From the human T2T-CHM13v2.0 reference genome, Homo sapiens, in contig CP068257.2 in NCBI GenBank assembly GCA_009914755.4, positions 28,352,001 to 28,416,000 of the forward strand: DNA of 64,000 bases. The letters run 5' to 3'. The notes beneath the pieces were generated by a model, which saw only the letters and a program-made list of their open reading frames with translations, had not been told where the DNA came from and did no database searches. This document shows positions 1 through 11,954 of this stretch, in pieces. A program made the translations under genes and the position numbers. Each line of letters begins with the position of its first letter. Within the stretch, counting starts at the first letter, position 1.

Positions 1-3000
1 CCGAGTGGGCAGAGTGAGCCTGGTGGGCCCGAAATACGCCCCAGGCAGAGGTCATGGTGGCCCCAGAGATTTCCAGTTGAGGAAGCAGCACCAAAGGAAT
101 TCTGTAACACTGTAACTCTTGCTCCTGATTGCTGAGCTACAAGAGTGAAAAAAGCTGCTTGGGTGCCATTCCCTCTCACAAGCCAAACTACACAAAAGCC
201 GCAACATTTCCTTTAAAGAATGGCTGATGGAAGATCTCCAAATACAATGCAAGTGATAACAGAAGACTGAATGGAAATTTCAGAAAAGAAAGAAAAACAA
301 TGCTATAGGTAAAAATAAAAGTAAATAGACTATCCTCCTCATGAATTTCTTTAGTCATATTTCATGGTTAAAATAAAAGTTATAACTTTTATCATAAAAT
401 TTATAGACAAAAACTTTATGTGGTCCCCAATGTATGTAGAAGAAATAATTAAGAAAACTGCATATAAACGGTCAGTAGGATAAAGAGATTTAAATGCAAA
501 TAAGGTTTTTACATTTCACTCAAAGTGGTAACATGTTGAAACAAATAGGCCATGATAATGATATGTGTATATGGTTATACATAGGAAAACACTGAGAAAG
601 CTACATAAAGCAATATACTAAAAAACATAAATAAATCAAAGTGAAACACTAAAATATTGTTCAAGGAACCCACAGGAAGGAAAGAAAAGAAACAAAAGGG
701 TGAGAAATGGAGGGAAGAAACAAAAAACGAATAATAACATAGCAAACATAAGCCCTAATATAACAAATAATTAATTACCTTAAATGTAAATGGTATAAAT
801 ATACCAATTAAAACAGCAGAGATTGATAAGGTGGATAAAAACAACTGTATGTTGTCTACAAGAAAGTTAATTTAAAAATAACAAACATAAGCAGGTTGAA
901 AGTAAAATGATAAAAATAGATGTATCATACAAACATTAATAGAGAAATCAAGAGTTACTATATAATACCAGATAAAGTAGGCCTCATAGTAAAGAAAAGT
1001 ACTGTGGACAAAATGTTGCACTATAGTGATTTAAAAAAATTTATTCATCAAGAAAATATAGCAATTGCAAATGCGTATTTACCAAGCCAGAGAGTTTCAA
1101 AATAAAGATAAATCTATAATTGTAATTGGAGACTTTAATACCCAACTCTTAGCAATTTTAAAACCACTAGAAAGAAAGTCAGCAAGGATATTGAAGAACT
1201 GGGGGCCAACATTAATCAACAAGTTGCGACTGACATTTATGGAACACTTCACACAGCAGCAAAAATATACACAATATTTTCAACTGCTTATATAACATTT
1301 ACCAAGATAGAGCATATTTTGAGTCTTAGGCAATAAAAAAGACTTGAAATGATACACAGTATGTTCTTTGAACATAGTGGAATCATGGTAGATTTCAACA
1401 CCTAAAAGACAATTTAAAAATCTTCAAATACTTGAAAACTAAATAACATACTTTTAAATAATCTGCAAGCCAATGAGGAAACCTCAAAAAATGTTTAAAA
1501 ATGCATAAAAAGGAATGAAAATCATATAACATATCAATATTTATGTAATACAGCTAAAACAGTACTGAAACAGAAATCTATGTTACTAAATGTTTACATT
1601 AAAAAAGAGGAAAAGTCTCACATCAATAAGAAACTAGAAAACAAGAGGAGCAAAATAAACCCGAAAGAAGCAGAAGGAAGAAAAAAATAAAGAGCAGAAA
1701 TTCATAAAGTTGAAAGGATAAAAACAACAAAATAAACTGAAACAAAAAGATGGAACTTTGAATAAATGAAGAAAATTGATAAACTTTTACTGTTATCGAT
1801 AAAACTAGCAGCAGATAAGACATATTTTGCCACTGTCGGAAATAAAATGGAATATCTCTACATATCCTGCAGCCCTCAAAGCTGCATAAGGCTGATAAGG
1901 GAATACTAGGAACAACTTTTCATTCATCAACTCAGCAACTTACATGAAATAAAAGAATGTTTTAAAAACAAAAATTACCAAACTCGACCAAGATGAAGAT
2001 AACCAGAATAGTCCCATACTGATTAAATAATTTGAATTTGTAATTTACAAGATCCTGGAAAAGAAATTCCAGGTGATTGCACTAGAGAATTTTACCAAAG
2101 AAGAATGGACACCAAATTTACACAATTTCTTCCAGAAAATGGAAGAAGAGGGGATACTCTCTAACTCATTCTAGGAAGACAGTGTCACCCCGATACCAAA
2201 ACTAGACAAACATTACATGCAAAAGAGAGAAATGCATACAGGAACTTAGATGCAAAAATCATCAACAACATTTTAGTAAATTGAACCTGACAATATATAA
2301 GATCAATGATATACTATGACCAGAATTTATTCCAGTTATTCAAGTCTTGCCCATTACTTGAAAATCAATCAATATAACCCACCGTATCAACAGGCTAAAT
2401 TAGAAAATCCATATGATCATATCAATTAACACCCGAGAAGCATTTGACAAATGCAACACTGATTTATGCTAAAAACTCTCAGAGCAGCAGGAATAGGAGG
2501 GAACTTTCTCAGCCTCATAAGGAATGTCTACAAGTTATCAATTCTTAAAATCATATATAGGTATAACACAGTTCCTGCCAAAATTTCAGCAAGGATTTTT
2601 GTAGACATAAACAAGATTATTATAAAATGGGTACAGAAAGGGAAATGACCTAAAATAGCCAAAATATTGTTTTTTGTAAAAAAAAAGAATAAAGTAGAAG
2701 AAATCACACTTCCTAATAGTAAGGCTTACTATACAGCTACAGTAACAAAAACAATGTGATACCAGTGGAAGTACAGACTCATAGATCAGTGAAACAGAAT
2801 AGAGAACCCAGAAATAGAGCCACAAAAATATGTCCAATTAATTTTTGACAAAGGAGCAGAAGAAATTCAATGAAACAGTGATAGCCTTTTTAGTAAATGG
2901 TGTAAAAGCACTGGACATCTATAGGCAAAATCATGAACCTTAACCTATGCTTCGTATGTCATAAAAAACTAACTCAAAATGTCTCATGGGTTTAAAGATA

Positions 3001-4300
3001 ACACATAAAACTATAAAACTTCTAGGAACAGAAATAGGATAAAATCTTTGCAACCTAGAATTGGCAATGAATTCTTAAACTTAGCACAAAAAGTAAGATT
3101 CATAAAAATAAAAAAATCAACTGGACTTCAACAAAATTAAAATCTTTTGTTCTCAGAAAGACTCTTTAAGGAGAACGGAAAACACATTACAGGTTGGGAT
3201 AAAACATTTGCAAATCATGTGTCTAACAAAGGACTTGTATCTAGAATATACAGTTAGCTCTCAAAACTCAACATTCAACAATTAGAACATAGGCAAAAGA
3301 CTTGAAAATACATTTCACTGAAGAGAATGTACAGATGACAAGCATACGAAAAAATATTCAAGAACATTAGTCATTAAGAAGGTGCAAATGAAAAGCAATG
3401 TGATATCACCACACATCTATCAAAATGGCTAAAGTTAACAACAAAAAAGTGACACACCAAATTTTGGTAATTATGCAGAGAAAGTGTGTCTCTTATACGT
3501 TGGTAGTAGAATGTAAAATGTACAGCCACTCTGGAAAATAGTTTGGCAGTTGCTTTTAAAACAAAAATGAACTTACATGATCCAGAAGTTGTACTCCTGG
3601 GCATATATCCAAGTGAAATGACAACTTATCTTCATAAAGAAACTTGTATAATAGTGTTCACAGCAGCTTTATTCATGGTAGCCACACACTAAAGACAATT
3701 CAAACATCTGTCAATGGGTGAATGGTTACGTAAGTTATAGGATATTGCATCATGTAATATTATTCAGCCATGTACAAGGAGAAAACTATTGACATAAACA
3801 ACTTGGCTAAGCCTTGAGGAAATTTGTGGAGTTAAAAGAAGCCAATCTCAGAAGGATACAGACTACATAATTCCATTTATGCAACATTTGTGAAGTAAGA
3901 TAATTATAGTGATGGAGAGATTAGTGTTTGTTGGGAGTTGGAGATGGGAGGTGAGAAAGTGAATGAATCTATAGAGAGGTGACGTAAGAGAATTTGGTGT
4001 TTCAGATGCAGATAAATATCTTGATTGGGGCATTGGTTACATGAAGCGAAACATCAGAAAATTGCATAGAGCTTGGCACACACATACATACATGCACAAC
4101 TGAGTGTATATATAAACTTGTGAAATATGAATTCACTCTATGGCTTGTACCAATGTCTATTTCCTCATTTCAGTATTGTACTATAGTTATTTAAGATGTT
4201 AGCACTGGAAAAGACTGAGTGAGAGCACACAGGACCTCCATGTACATTTATTTGCAACTTTTTATGTATTTATAATTATTTCAAAAATTTTTAAAAAAAG
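1..4300 (+). mobile_element. Old, degenerate LINE-1 copy. It runs from the ORF1/inter-ORF region through the ORF2 endonuclease and reverse-transcriptase region to the 3' UTR. It has many stops and frameshifts and an internal deletion.
   Basis: Frame translations match L1 ORF2 at three points: ~775-860 gives LTLNVNGINTPIK...DKVDKNNCMLSTRK (EN domain); ~2460-2640 gives ...MLKTLRAAGIGGNFLSLIRNVYK... (RT region, ~[23 protein letters not shown]); ~3300-3700 gives the C-terminal ORF2-like frame. An A/T-rich L1-type 3' end ...tgtacatttatttgcaactttttatgtatttataattatttc... lies at ~4230-4300. The 5' limit is uncertain; positions 1-250 may be ORF1/5' material. Confidence 0.75.
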
Positions 4301-4919
4301 GATAAGTAACCATAGAGGCAAAGTAAATGATCAGTAATTTGGGCATATGTAGGTGAGCAGCAGCCAATTCTACTGCTGGTTGCCGTATTGCAAGATGGTA
4401 GATTGAATAACACCTCTTTCTCTTCCTGGTCACATGAGTGTCACCCTCATTGTCTGCTCTTGAGAAATTCCTTCCCTTCACCCTCAATTACTTTCAAGTT
4501 TGCTATATTGGGATGATTTTTGATACGGTAACCTAGGTATGTTCATTCTAAGTAACATTCTCTCTACTTTCTAGACCTTTTCTTCTTCCTGCTAACTAGG
4601 GCACTGCAATATTGAGGTGTTACACCAAAAGTTCATCTCTGAACTAAGAACAACAACAAATAAATTGCTTTAATAAGAGAAATTCCAAACACAATAGCTT
4701 AAATAAAATTTTTTTTTTTCTGTTGTGATAGTTTGGCAGGCCAGGTCAGGAGGAGCAGCTCAGCTAAATGAAGAACCAGGGACCCAATTTCCTTCAGTCT
4801 TGTTCCTCCACCTGTTCCTTGAGTGCGGTTCTTTGTATGATTGTAGCTGAATTACTGCTCTGTGTTCCAGTCCCCAGAAATAAAGGGAAGGATTTTCCTT
4901 CTAAGTAAGTAATACATGG

Positions 4920-5515
4920 GTGGCATACATCACTTCCATGCATATAATGGAATATTATTCAGCCTTTAAAAAGAAGGACCCGGAAGTTCAAGGCTGCAGT
5001 GAGCTGTGATTGTGTCACTGAACTCCAGCCTGGGTGACAAAGCCAGACACTATCTCAAAAAAAAAGGAAGAAGAGGGAAATCATGCCATCTGCAACAACA
5101 TGGATGAACCTGGAAGAAATTATGCTTGTATGTGGATTCGAAAAAAGTTAAATTTCTAGAAACTGGAGAGTTGAATGGTGGTTTCCAGAACCTGGGAGAT
5201 GCTGTAGGGGAGGGGATGCTGGGTGGATGTATGGAAATAATGGGGAAGTAAAGTCTGAAACCTGACATACAGCACTGTGACTATAGTTAACAATATTGTG
5301 TTGTATCACTTGTAATTTGCTAACAGCAAAGATCTTAAGTGTTTGAACTATACAAACACACCCGCAAAGACAGTAACTATGTGAAGTGGTGGATATATTA
5401 ATCACCTTGAGTGTGGTGATTATTTCACAATTATACATACATCAAATCAAGTCGTATACTTTAAATATATACCTTAACTGTCAATTATACTGCAATAAAG
5501 CTGGAAAAAAATTAT
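4920..5515 (+). mobile_element. LINE-1 3' terminal fragment (ORF2 C-terminus plus 3' UTR), interrupted by a short Alu 3' piece.
   Basis: The segment ggaatattattcagcctttaaaaagaagg gives ...EYYSA.KKE. Downstream, atgccatctgcaacaacatggatgaacctggaagaaattatgcttg gives ...MPSATTWMNLEEIML, which matches the L1 ORF2 tail TWMELEAIILS. This is followed by the classic old-L1 3' UTR: gggaggggatgctgggtggatgtatggaaataatgggg...ctatagttaacaatattgtgttgtatcacttgtaatttgctaacagcaaagatcttaagtgtt...caattatactgcaataaagctggaaaaaaatt. Confidence 0.8.
4980..5066 (+). mobile_element. Alu, 3'-terminal fragment (~87 bp), inserted within the L1 above.
   Basis: ggaagttcaaggctgcagtgagctgtgattgtgtcactgaactccagcctgggtgacaaagccagacactatctcaaaaaaaaa matches the end of the Alu right monomer plus its A tail. 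Confidence 0.85.
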
Positions 5516-8500
5516 ATTTTAGCAGAAAAACTAGATCCTAGGTGTCTACATTCTGTGTGTTTGGTAACTTATTATAAGAACTTCTGAAGGCCATTGAAAA
5601 GGGGATGGGATTACTTACTTAGAAGGAAATCCATTCAGGGTAAGTGAGACTGCCTCTGAGCATTTCGGAGAGGAGGCAGGCCAAGAAGTAGACAAAAGAG
5701 CATTGAGGAGGGTGGAAGAAGCCCCGCTCTTGGCCCCACCCCCGCTTTTCGTAGGAGTAAAGACGCGGGGCTAAAGGCTCCAAGGAAAGGCAGGGAACAG
5801 GTAGTGTGGCAAGGGGAACTGTAGGCAGTGAAAGCAGGGAGAGAAGAAGCATCTCTGTATCTCCACACTGGGCCTTTCCTCCACAGCATTCACATGAAGG
5901 AATGCAAAACATTGAAGCATCTGTAAGTTTGATACCCTCACAATATGGCTAAATGCCAATTCTTGGCACAGTTGGGCAATAACCTAGGAATTAAAAGGAG
6001 AGATAATAAAAGGGCAATACCCACTCAGTTGGGGTTAGTGAGTGCTATATTTCTCCAGTCTGCAATTGAGACACCTCACTACCTAGACAAGAAAAAGACA
6101 CTGCAGAGATTTATTCCTATTCTCCACCCACTTCCTTTCTACATTGGGACTCGCCCCCTCCTATATTTCATTTCTGTTTTAACTCAATAGATACGCATCA
6201 GTTTTTAAACTTTTTTACTTTTCACTGAGTTCACACATATGGAAAATATTTCAAGGTAAAAGATATGTTTTAAGTTAATTTTTAAAAATACCTATTATTA
6301 TAATAGAAGCCAATTTCTTGTCTTTGCATAAGTTATTGTCCCAGACAGTAGAGCTTGAGGGAGCTCAGAAAGATTTTTTAATAAGTAGCAAAAGTAGAAA
6401 GAAAATAAAATGGCCAGAAACCCTGGTATGTTTGCTGTAAGCCTACCTTGCAGCTTGCGCTTGCTAGCTACATTGCAAGCTCACCTAGACCACATTATGA
6501 TCACAATGTCACCATTGATGCTAACGTTCAATTCTTCTTTACAAACTTTACATGATCAAAACCACATGGGCAAAGAAGATGATGGAAGAAATTAAGTTAA
6601 AAAATTAGAAGCCACTTTTTTAAGTCACATGAAAGATAGCAGATTGGCAGAAAGCATTTGATGTTTCAGCCCCTGTAGACCTTTGTTTGAATCAATGCCA
6701 AAATAAAGACAGCACTTAGAGGATTTCAAGTTTTGTCAACTCTCTAGGAAACATAGCAAACTGCTTACTCTGCACGTAAGTTAGGAATGGAAATAAAATT
6801 ATTTAAAAAGTGTTAAGGGAAACCGTTGTATTCTGGGGTAGAATACACAATTTCAAGTTTAATTGGGAGGTCAAGGAGAAGGAAAGAAACAAACTCAAAA
6901 TATACACGTGCAGAGTGCGTTGGTTATCTTACAAATACCATCAATTCATCTCAGTCTTTTATTATAAAACATGTTGACTAAATTAATGAGAAAGATTGAG
7001 CAGTTTCTTCAAACTTCCGTGAAAGACCAAAGCATGAAAAACATACAAAGCTGAAATTCTTGTGATGTGTTGTAAAGATTTTTTCATTACTCACAAAGTA
7101 GTATGTGTAACAAGATGTCAGAGGAACCAGTTGAAGTAAATAGAAATTCAATTAAGGAAGAAAAGAATGAAAGGTTTTTAGAGAAGCAGAAAAACAAGAC
7201 TGCACATAGAAGTGTGCAGTGAAGCCTCCCTTCTCATTAAGGCAATTGGTTTACTGTCCCTGTTGTGCTTTATACTCATGCCCTCCTCAGAATACCTTGT
7301 TCACATCGTGAGTCACTGTGCACTAGCTCTGTCCATTTCTGCTTTAATCCTGTGGGTTCTTTCATTTTAAAATGACTAGTGATGCCTGGCATATTCTATC
7401 CTGACTTGTTCAAGATATCCCTGAAGAGCTCCCCTCACTAGCCACATAGCAGCATAAACTAGGGTTGTATATTCACTTATTGCTAAGATTTTAGAGGAAT
7501 TGTAATGAATTCAAGGGTAAGGCATTGCCCAATTAATTAAAGGTAATGAAAGTGAATGCAAAACACGAGAGTCGATCATCCTCATTTTACTCTTCCCCCT
7601 GGTTTCTCCTTTGAGTAGGAAAATTGGTCAGGGTACCATGACTACATCGATGCTGTTTTGTGAGTGGGAATCAGAGTATTTCTCCTCTCCTCTCACCATA
7701 GTTCCTTTCTTCATACATTAGTTTGAAGGCAGCATATTCCTGTAATAATCTGTTCCAGAAACAAGAATTAGGTATTAGGAGGAAAAAAGTGACTGCAACA
7801 GAATAGGAGGCATCACTCTGAAAAGAAAAGATTTGTTGTTTGGAGTAAGATAGAAAAAATGACATCAACAATGCATTCCAAATATTGTAATTTCCCAAAC
7901 ACTTATGTCAGATATCATTTTACACAAGTGGTTTCATATTGCTTAAAAGCTTGGTAGACAGTGAAATATGAAAACATATTCATATTCAAGTAGAGAAAGA
8001 GTAGTGTTTATGGTAACCCACACACATTCTGATTATTGGCAAACATTCATATAGATAAATCTCCCTTTTGCTTGATAATGAGTGACCATATAAAAAAATC
8101 AAAGCAAAATACAAAAGGATAAGAATCTACAGGAACAAACTGTCCAATTAAAGAATCAATGGAAGACTTTGACCTGCAGCGACAAATTGTTCAATTGATC
8201 CAATATATGTAACCGTAATCTGAAGCCTAAGAAACAGTACAGTAGAATAAATAAAAATGCTGGATTTCAGAGGAAGGACACATTTTTGAAAGTGTTCTCT
8301 TCCATGAAACCAAAGAAGATTTAAAGAACCAATTTGGCATCTTCAATAAGATGCACAGAATAGGGATTGGGCTGAACCTATGGGCATGGTGGGCTCCAAA
8401 ATCCAAGGCAGGTAGTTGTGGTTGAGACCTATGCTCCTGTAGTTAGTGTTCCCTTGCAAGTATTTCATGCAAGACGGAGACCAGAAACAAAACCATGGCC

Positions 8501-8599
8501 TGAAGTCAGGTTGTAGAGAGGCCTAAGTTACCTCTGAGAGGAAGCTGAGGCTGAAAGAAATGGAACTATGTTGTTGGCTAGACACAGTTTATAGAGTCC

Positions 8600-9260
8600 T
8601 CTGGGCTCAGGGAAGTAAAAGGAAAAAGGAGTCTTCTACAGTGAATTGATCTGACTTATTTTTATCACCAATGTCACTACAGAGCTGAAGCCAAAACAAG
8701 AAGGCAGGGAGAGCCCAAAGGAAAAAACAAAAGAAGAAACCCTGAAACTTCTGTCTCAAAATGACCCTGAGAGCCAAAGAACATCTATCGCTAAGAATGG
8801 CAGCCAACAAAATGAAAACTCAAAATATGAATTCACTCCAGATAAAAGTGACTTTTTTGGAAGAGTTTGACGTAGACTTTGAAATAAGCACATTCAGGAT
8901 AATCAATGAACAAAAAGTGAGCATTATAAGAGAACAAGAAAAAATAAAGAAAAAAAGACATGAAATAACTACATATCAACATAGAAAGAATCAATTTTAA
9001 ATTGTCAATAAAATTAAACAGCCTATTGAATGATTGATTAAAAATGAAGAATAAATTTAGTGTTTCCAAGATGTACTAAGAAAAATTCTAGGAAAAGAGA
9101 ATGGAGAGATTAGCCAGGAGGCTAACTTTGAAAATTATAAAAGGAGTATTTTGGGTGTTTTTGAAATGAGCAAACATTAGAATCTTCAGGTGGAATTCCC
9201 ACTATAAATACTGATCAGAGAGAAAAATATATTACTATGCTCATTAATAAGAAAATTTAA
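8600..9260 (+). mobile_element. Possible ancient LINE-derived fragment (very degenerate; family not determined).
   Basis: This is an A-rich, stop-riddled stretch whose frame translations have a weak LINE ORF-like character (e.g. ...FEISTFRIINEQKVSIIREQEKIKKKRHEITTYQHRKNQF..., ...KMKNKFSVSKMY...). No Alu or L1 hallmark motifs were recognised. The call rests mainly on composition and context. Confidence 0.25.
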
Positions 9261-10363
9261 AATCACAGAAATCTTCATGGCAGAGCAGGCATAGTAGGCA
9301 TATGCAAGTCTTAGGCAAGTGTTCATTGCATAGCAAGCAGTGCACGTCTTAGCAATGCAAGTCCTCCCGAATATATCTTAGATATAATTATATAATTCCA
9401 ACCCAAATCCCAGCAGACTGTTTATCTTGGAACTTAATAAGATAATCTTACCTTCTTTATGTTGGGAAAAATGTTTCCCAAGGACTCCTTCCCTGTATGG
9501 TTCCATATTTGAGTTGTCCAAAAGAGGATTGCATGCAAAATTTGAAAGATGGGAGCAAACAAGCAGCCATTACTTTCTGAAGGTGACCATAATGAAATGC
9601 ACGGACAGACAGACACAAAAGTGCTTGTCTTTATTCTCCTATGCTTTGTGTCCAGCTCTTTTTTTTTTTTTTTCCTGGCTGATAGCCCTGGTGACCATGT
9701 GTGACTCCAGGTTACCAAACTCTTAACATGGACTCAAAGAGGTAACAGCTTCTCCATCACCTTCCTCTTCATATTCCAACTTTGGAGGTGAGATGTGTTT
9801 GGCCTCTAGGCCGATGAACTGGAAATTTCTCTTATTCTTTAGCTTCACCTACTTCAGTTATTTATTGCTGCTTATCTAGCTATTACCCTTACTCTTTCCA
9901 ACATTATTTTGCTTGCAATTGTGTGGGTAAGGAACTCAGAAAGGGCTAGGCTTGACAATTCTCCTCTCACTCAAATGGTGGTTACTAGAGTGTTCACTTG
10001 CAAATTGTTGCCACTCACTCACATATCTGGTGCCTTGGGCTCCTTCTCTCTTTATCCATGTAGCATCTCATCTTCTGAGGACTCTTCATATAGCATGGGC
10101 TTTTCACCTGATAGTCATTCTTTACATAGTAGCTGAATTCTAAGGAGCAGGAAGCAGAAGCAACCAAGCTCTCCTGGCTCCTACTACATTTTCTCTCACA
10201 GGCATTTCCCCTCTACTGTTTTGCATGTTTAATTTTGTCTTAGTATCTGTTTCAAAAAGGTTCAGGAATAGTATAGACTTCATGCCAATAAATTTGACAG
10301 CTTAGATAAAACAGACATATTCCTTGAAATACACAAAAAGGGAAAGCATGTCTAAAACACAGA

Positions 10364-10812
10364 TGTGATAGTTAATATTGAGTGTCAACTTGAGTGGATT
10401 GAAGGATGCAAAGTATTGTCCCTGGGTGTGACTATGAGGGTGTTGCCAAAGGAGATTAACATTTGAGTCAGTGGACTGGGAAAGGCAGACCCGTCCTCAA
10501 TCTGGGTGGGCACAATCTAATCAGCTGCCAGCATGGCCAGAATAAAAGCAGGCAGAAGAACACTAAAAAACTAGACTGGCTTAGCCTCCCAGACTACATC
10601 TTTCTCCTCTGCTGGATGACTCCTGCCCTCGAACATCAGACTCCAAGTTCTTCATCTTTGGGACTTGGACTGGCTTCTCTGCTCCTCAGCTTGCAGACGG
10701 CCAATGTGGGACCTCACCTTGTGATCCTGTGAGTCAATGCTCCTTAATAAACTCCCCTTTGTGTATACATCTATCCTGTTAGTTCTGTCCCTCTAGAGAA
10801 CTCTGACGAATA
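10364..10812 (+). mobile_element. L1 3'-end family repeat (older L1M/L1P-type 3' UTR module), copy 1.
   Basis: Sequence reads tgtgatagttaatattgagtgtcaacttgagtggattgaaggatgcaaagtattgtccctgggtgtgactatgagggtgttgccaaaggagattaacatttgagtcagtggactgggaaaggcagacc...ctcagcttgcagacggccaatgtgggacctcaccttgtgatcctgtgagtcaatgctccttaataaactcccctttgtgtatacatctatcctgttagttctgtccctctagagaactctgac. This matches the well-known L1 3'-terminal consensus tgtgatagttaattttatgtgtcaacttgactgg...ctctggagaaccctgactaata. Confidence 0.65.
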
Positions 10813-10849
10813 CAATAGATAACTTGAATGGCCCTAAATAAATAAAAAA

Positions 10850-11125
10850 ACTTACATTCATACTTTAAAGCTATCAAAGAAAAGGACAGACACAGGTAGA
10901 TTCACAGGTGAACTCTGCCAAACATTTAAATTATGAATAATCGTTATTCTGCACATAAGGGGGGAATTCCCAACTCATTTTATAAGGCCATCATCATCTT
11001 GTTATCAAAACCAGACAACTCCACTACAAGTAGAGAAACCAGACTAATTGCCAATTAATATATACATAGAAAGTCTAAACAAAATTTTAGCAAACAGAAT
11101 CCAGAAATATACAAAAAAGATAATA
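10850..11125 (+). mobile_element. LINE-1 ORF2 internal fragment (region just upstream of the RT domain).
   Basis: Translation of ggggaattcccaactcattttataaggccatcatcatcttgttatcaaaaccagacaa...agtagagaaaccagactaattgccaattaatatatacatagaaagtctaaacaaaattttagcaaacagaatccagaaatatacaaaaaag matches L1 ORF2 [56 protein letters not shown]. Confidence 0.75.
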
Positions 11126-11130
11126 TTTAT

Positions 11131-11460
11131 GATTGTTAATTTTATGTGCCAACTTGACACATAAAATTACAGAGTTCCCAGATATTTGTAAAACATTATT
11201 CTGGGTGGTGTGTCTGTGTGTTTTGGATGAGATTACCATTTACACTGATAAACTTAATAAAGAAGATTGCTCTTGCTCATCTGAGTGGGCCACATACAAT
11301 CAGTTGAAAGCCTGCATAGAACAAAAAGGCTGACCCTCCTCCAAGTAAGGATAATCCCTGCTGCCAGACTGCCTTTCAACTGGAGTATCAGTGTTTTCTT
11401 GCCTTCAGCCTTGAACTAAATCATCGGCCATTCCTAAATCTCTGTACTTCATCAGGTACT
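11131..11460 (+). mobile_element. L1 3'-end family repeat, copy 2 (same family and orientation as 10364-10812).
   Basis: Sequence reads gattgttaattttatgtgccaacttgacacataaaattacagagttcccagatatttgtaaaacattattctgggtggtgtgtctgtgtgttttggatgagattaccatttacactgataaacttaataaagaagattgctc...atcagttgaaagcctgcatagaacaaaaaggctgaccctcctccaagtaagg...ttgccttcagccttgaactaaatcatcggcc. It is collinear with the consensus used for copy 1. Confidence 0.65.
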
Positions 11461-11856
11461 ACTGTATAGATAACTCAAGTAATTTTTGTATTGTAATTCC
11501 AATAATTAGTTAGGCCTGACATGTAGCTCAGATAATCACCATAAGTTTTCTCTCTTCTGAAAACATTTGAGGCATACAAGATATCAGTGAAAATTCATCA
11601 CTTTTGCAGTGAACAACTACCCAATTTGTATTATGTTTCTAGTTACACTATGTACTACTCAACAATAGAGCTGATCTTTGAATATCAGAAATATACAGTG
11701 CTTTCCTTGTAGTTTTGTTATTCCATGGAACTGTAATATTCCCTGTCAAGTGTATTTTTCATCCCTGGACAGTAACTATGTCTTTAATTTCTCTCATTGG
11801 ATGTAAAAGTTTATATGTGCATGATAATGTGATATTGGCAAAAGGATTTTTTTACT

Positions 11857-11954
11857 AAGATAATTTGAAATAACTATTATATATACGCCATATAATGCTT
11901 CCACGAAGATAATTTGAATTAACTATTATATATATGCCATATAATGCTTCCACT
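11857..11954. repeat. Two-copy tandem duplication with a 49-bp unit.
   Basis: aagataatttgaaataactattatatatacgccatataatgcttccac is followed directly by gaagataatttgaattaactattatatatatgccatataatgcttccac. Confidence 0.9.
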
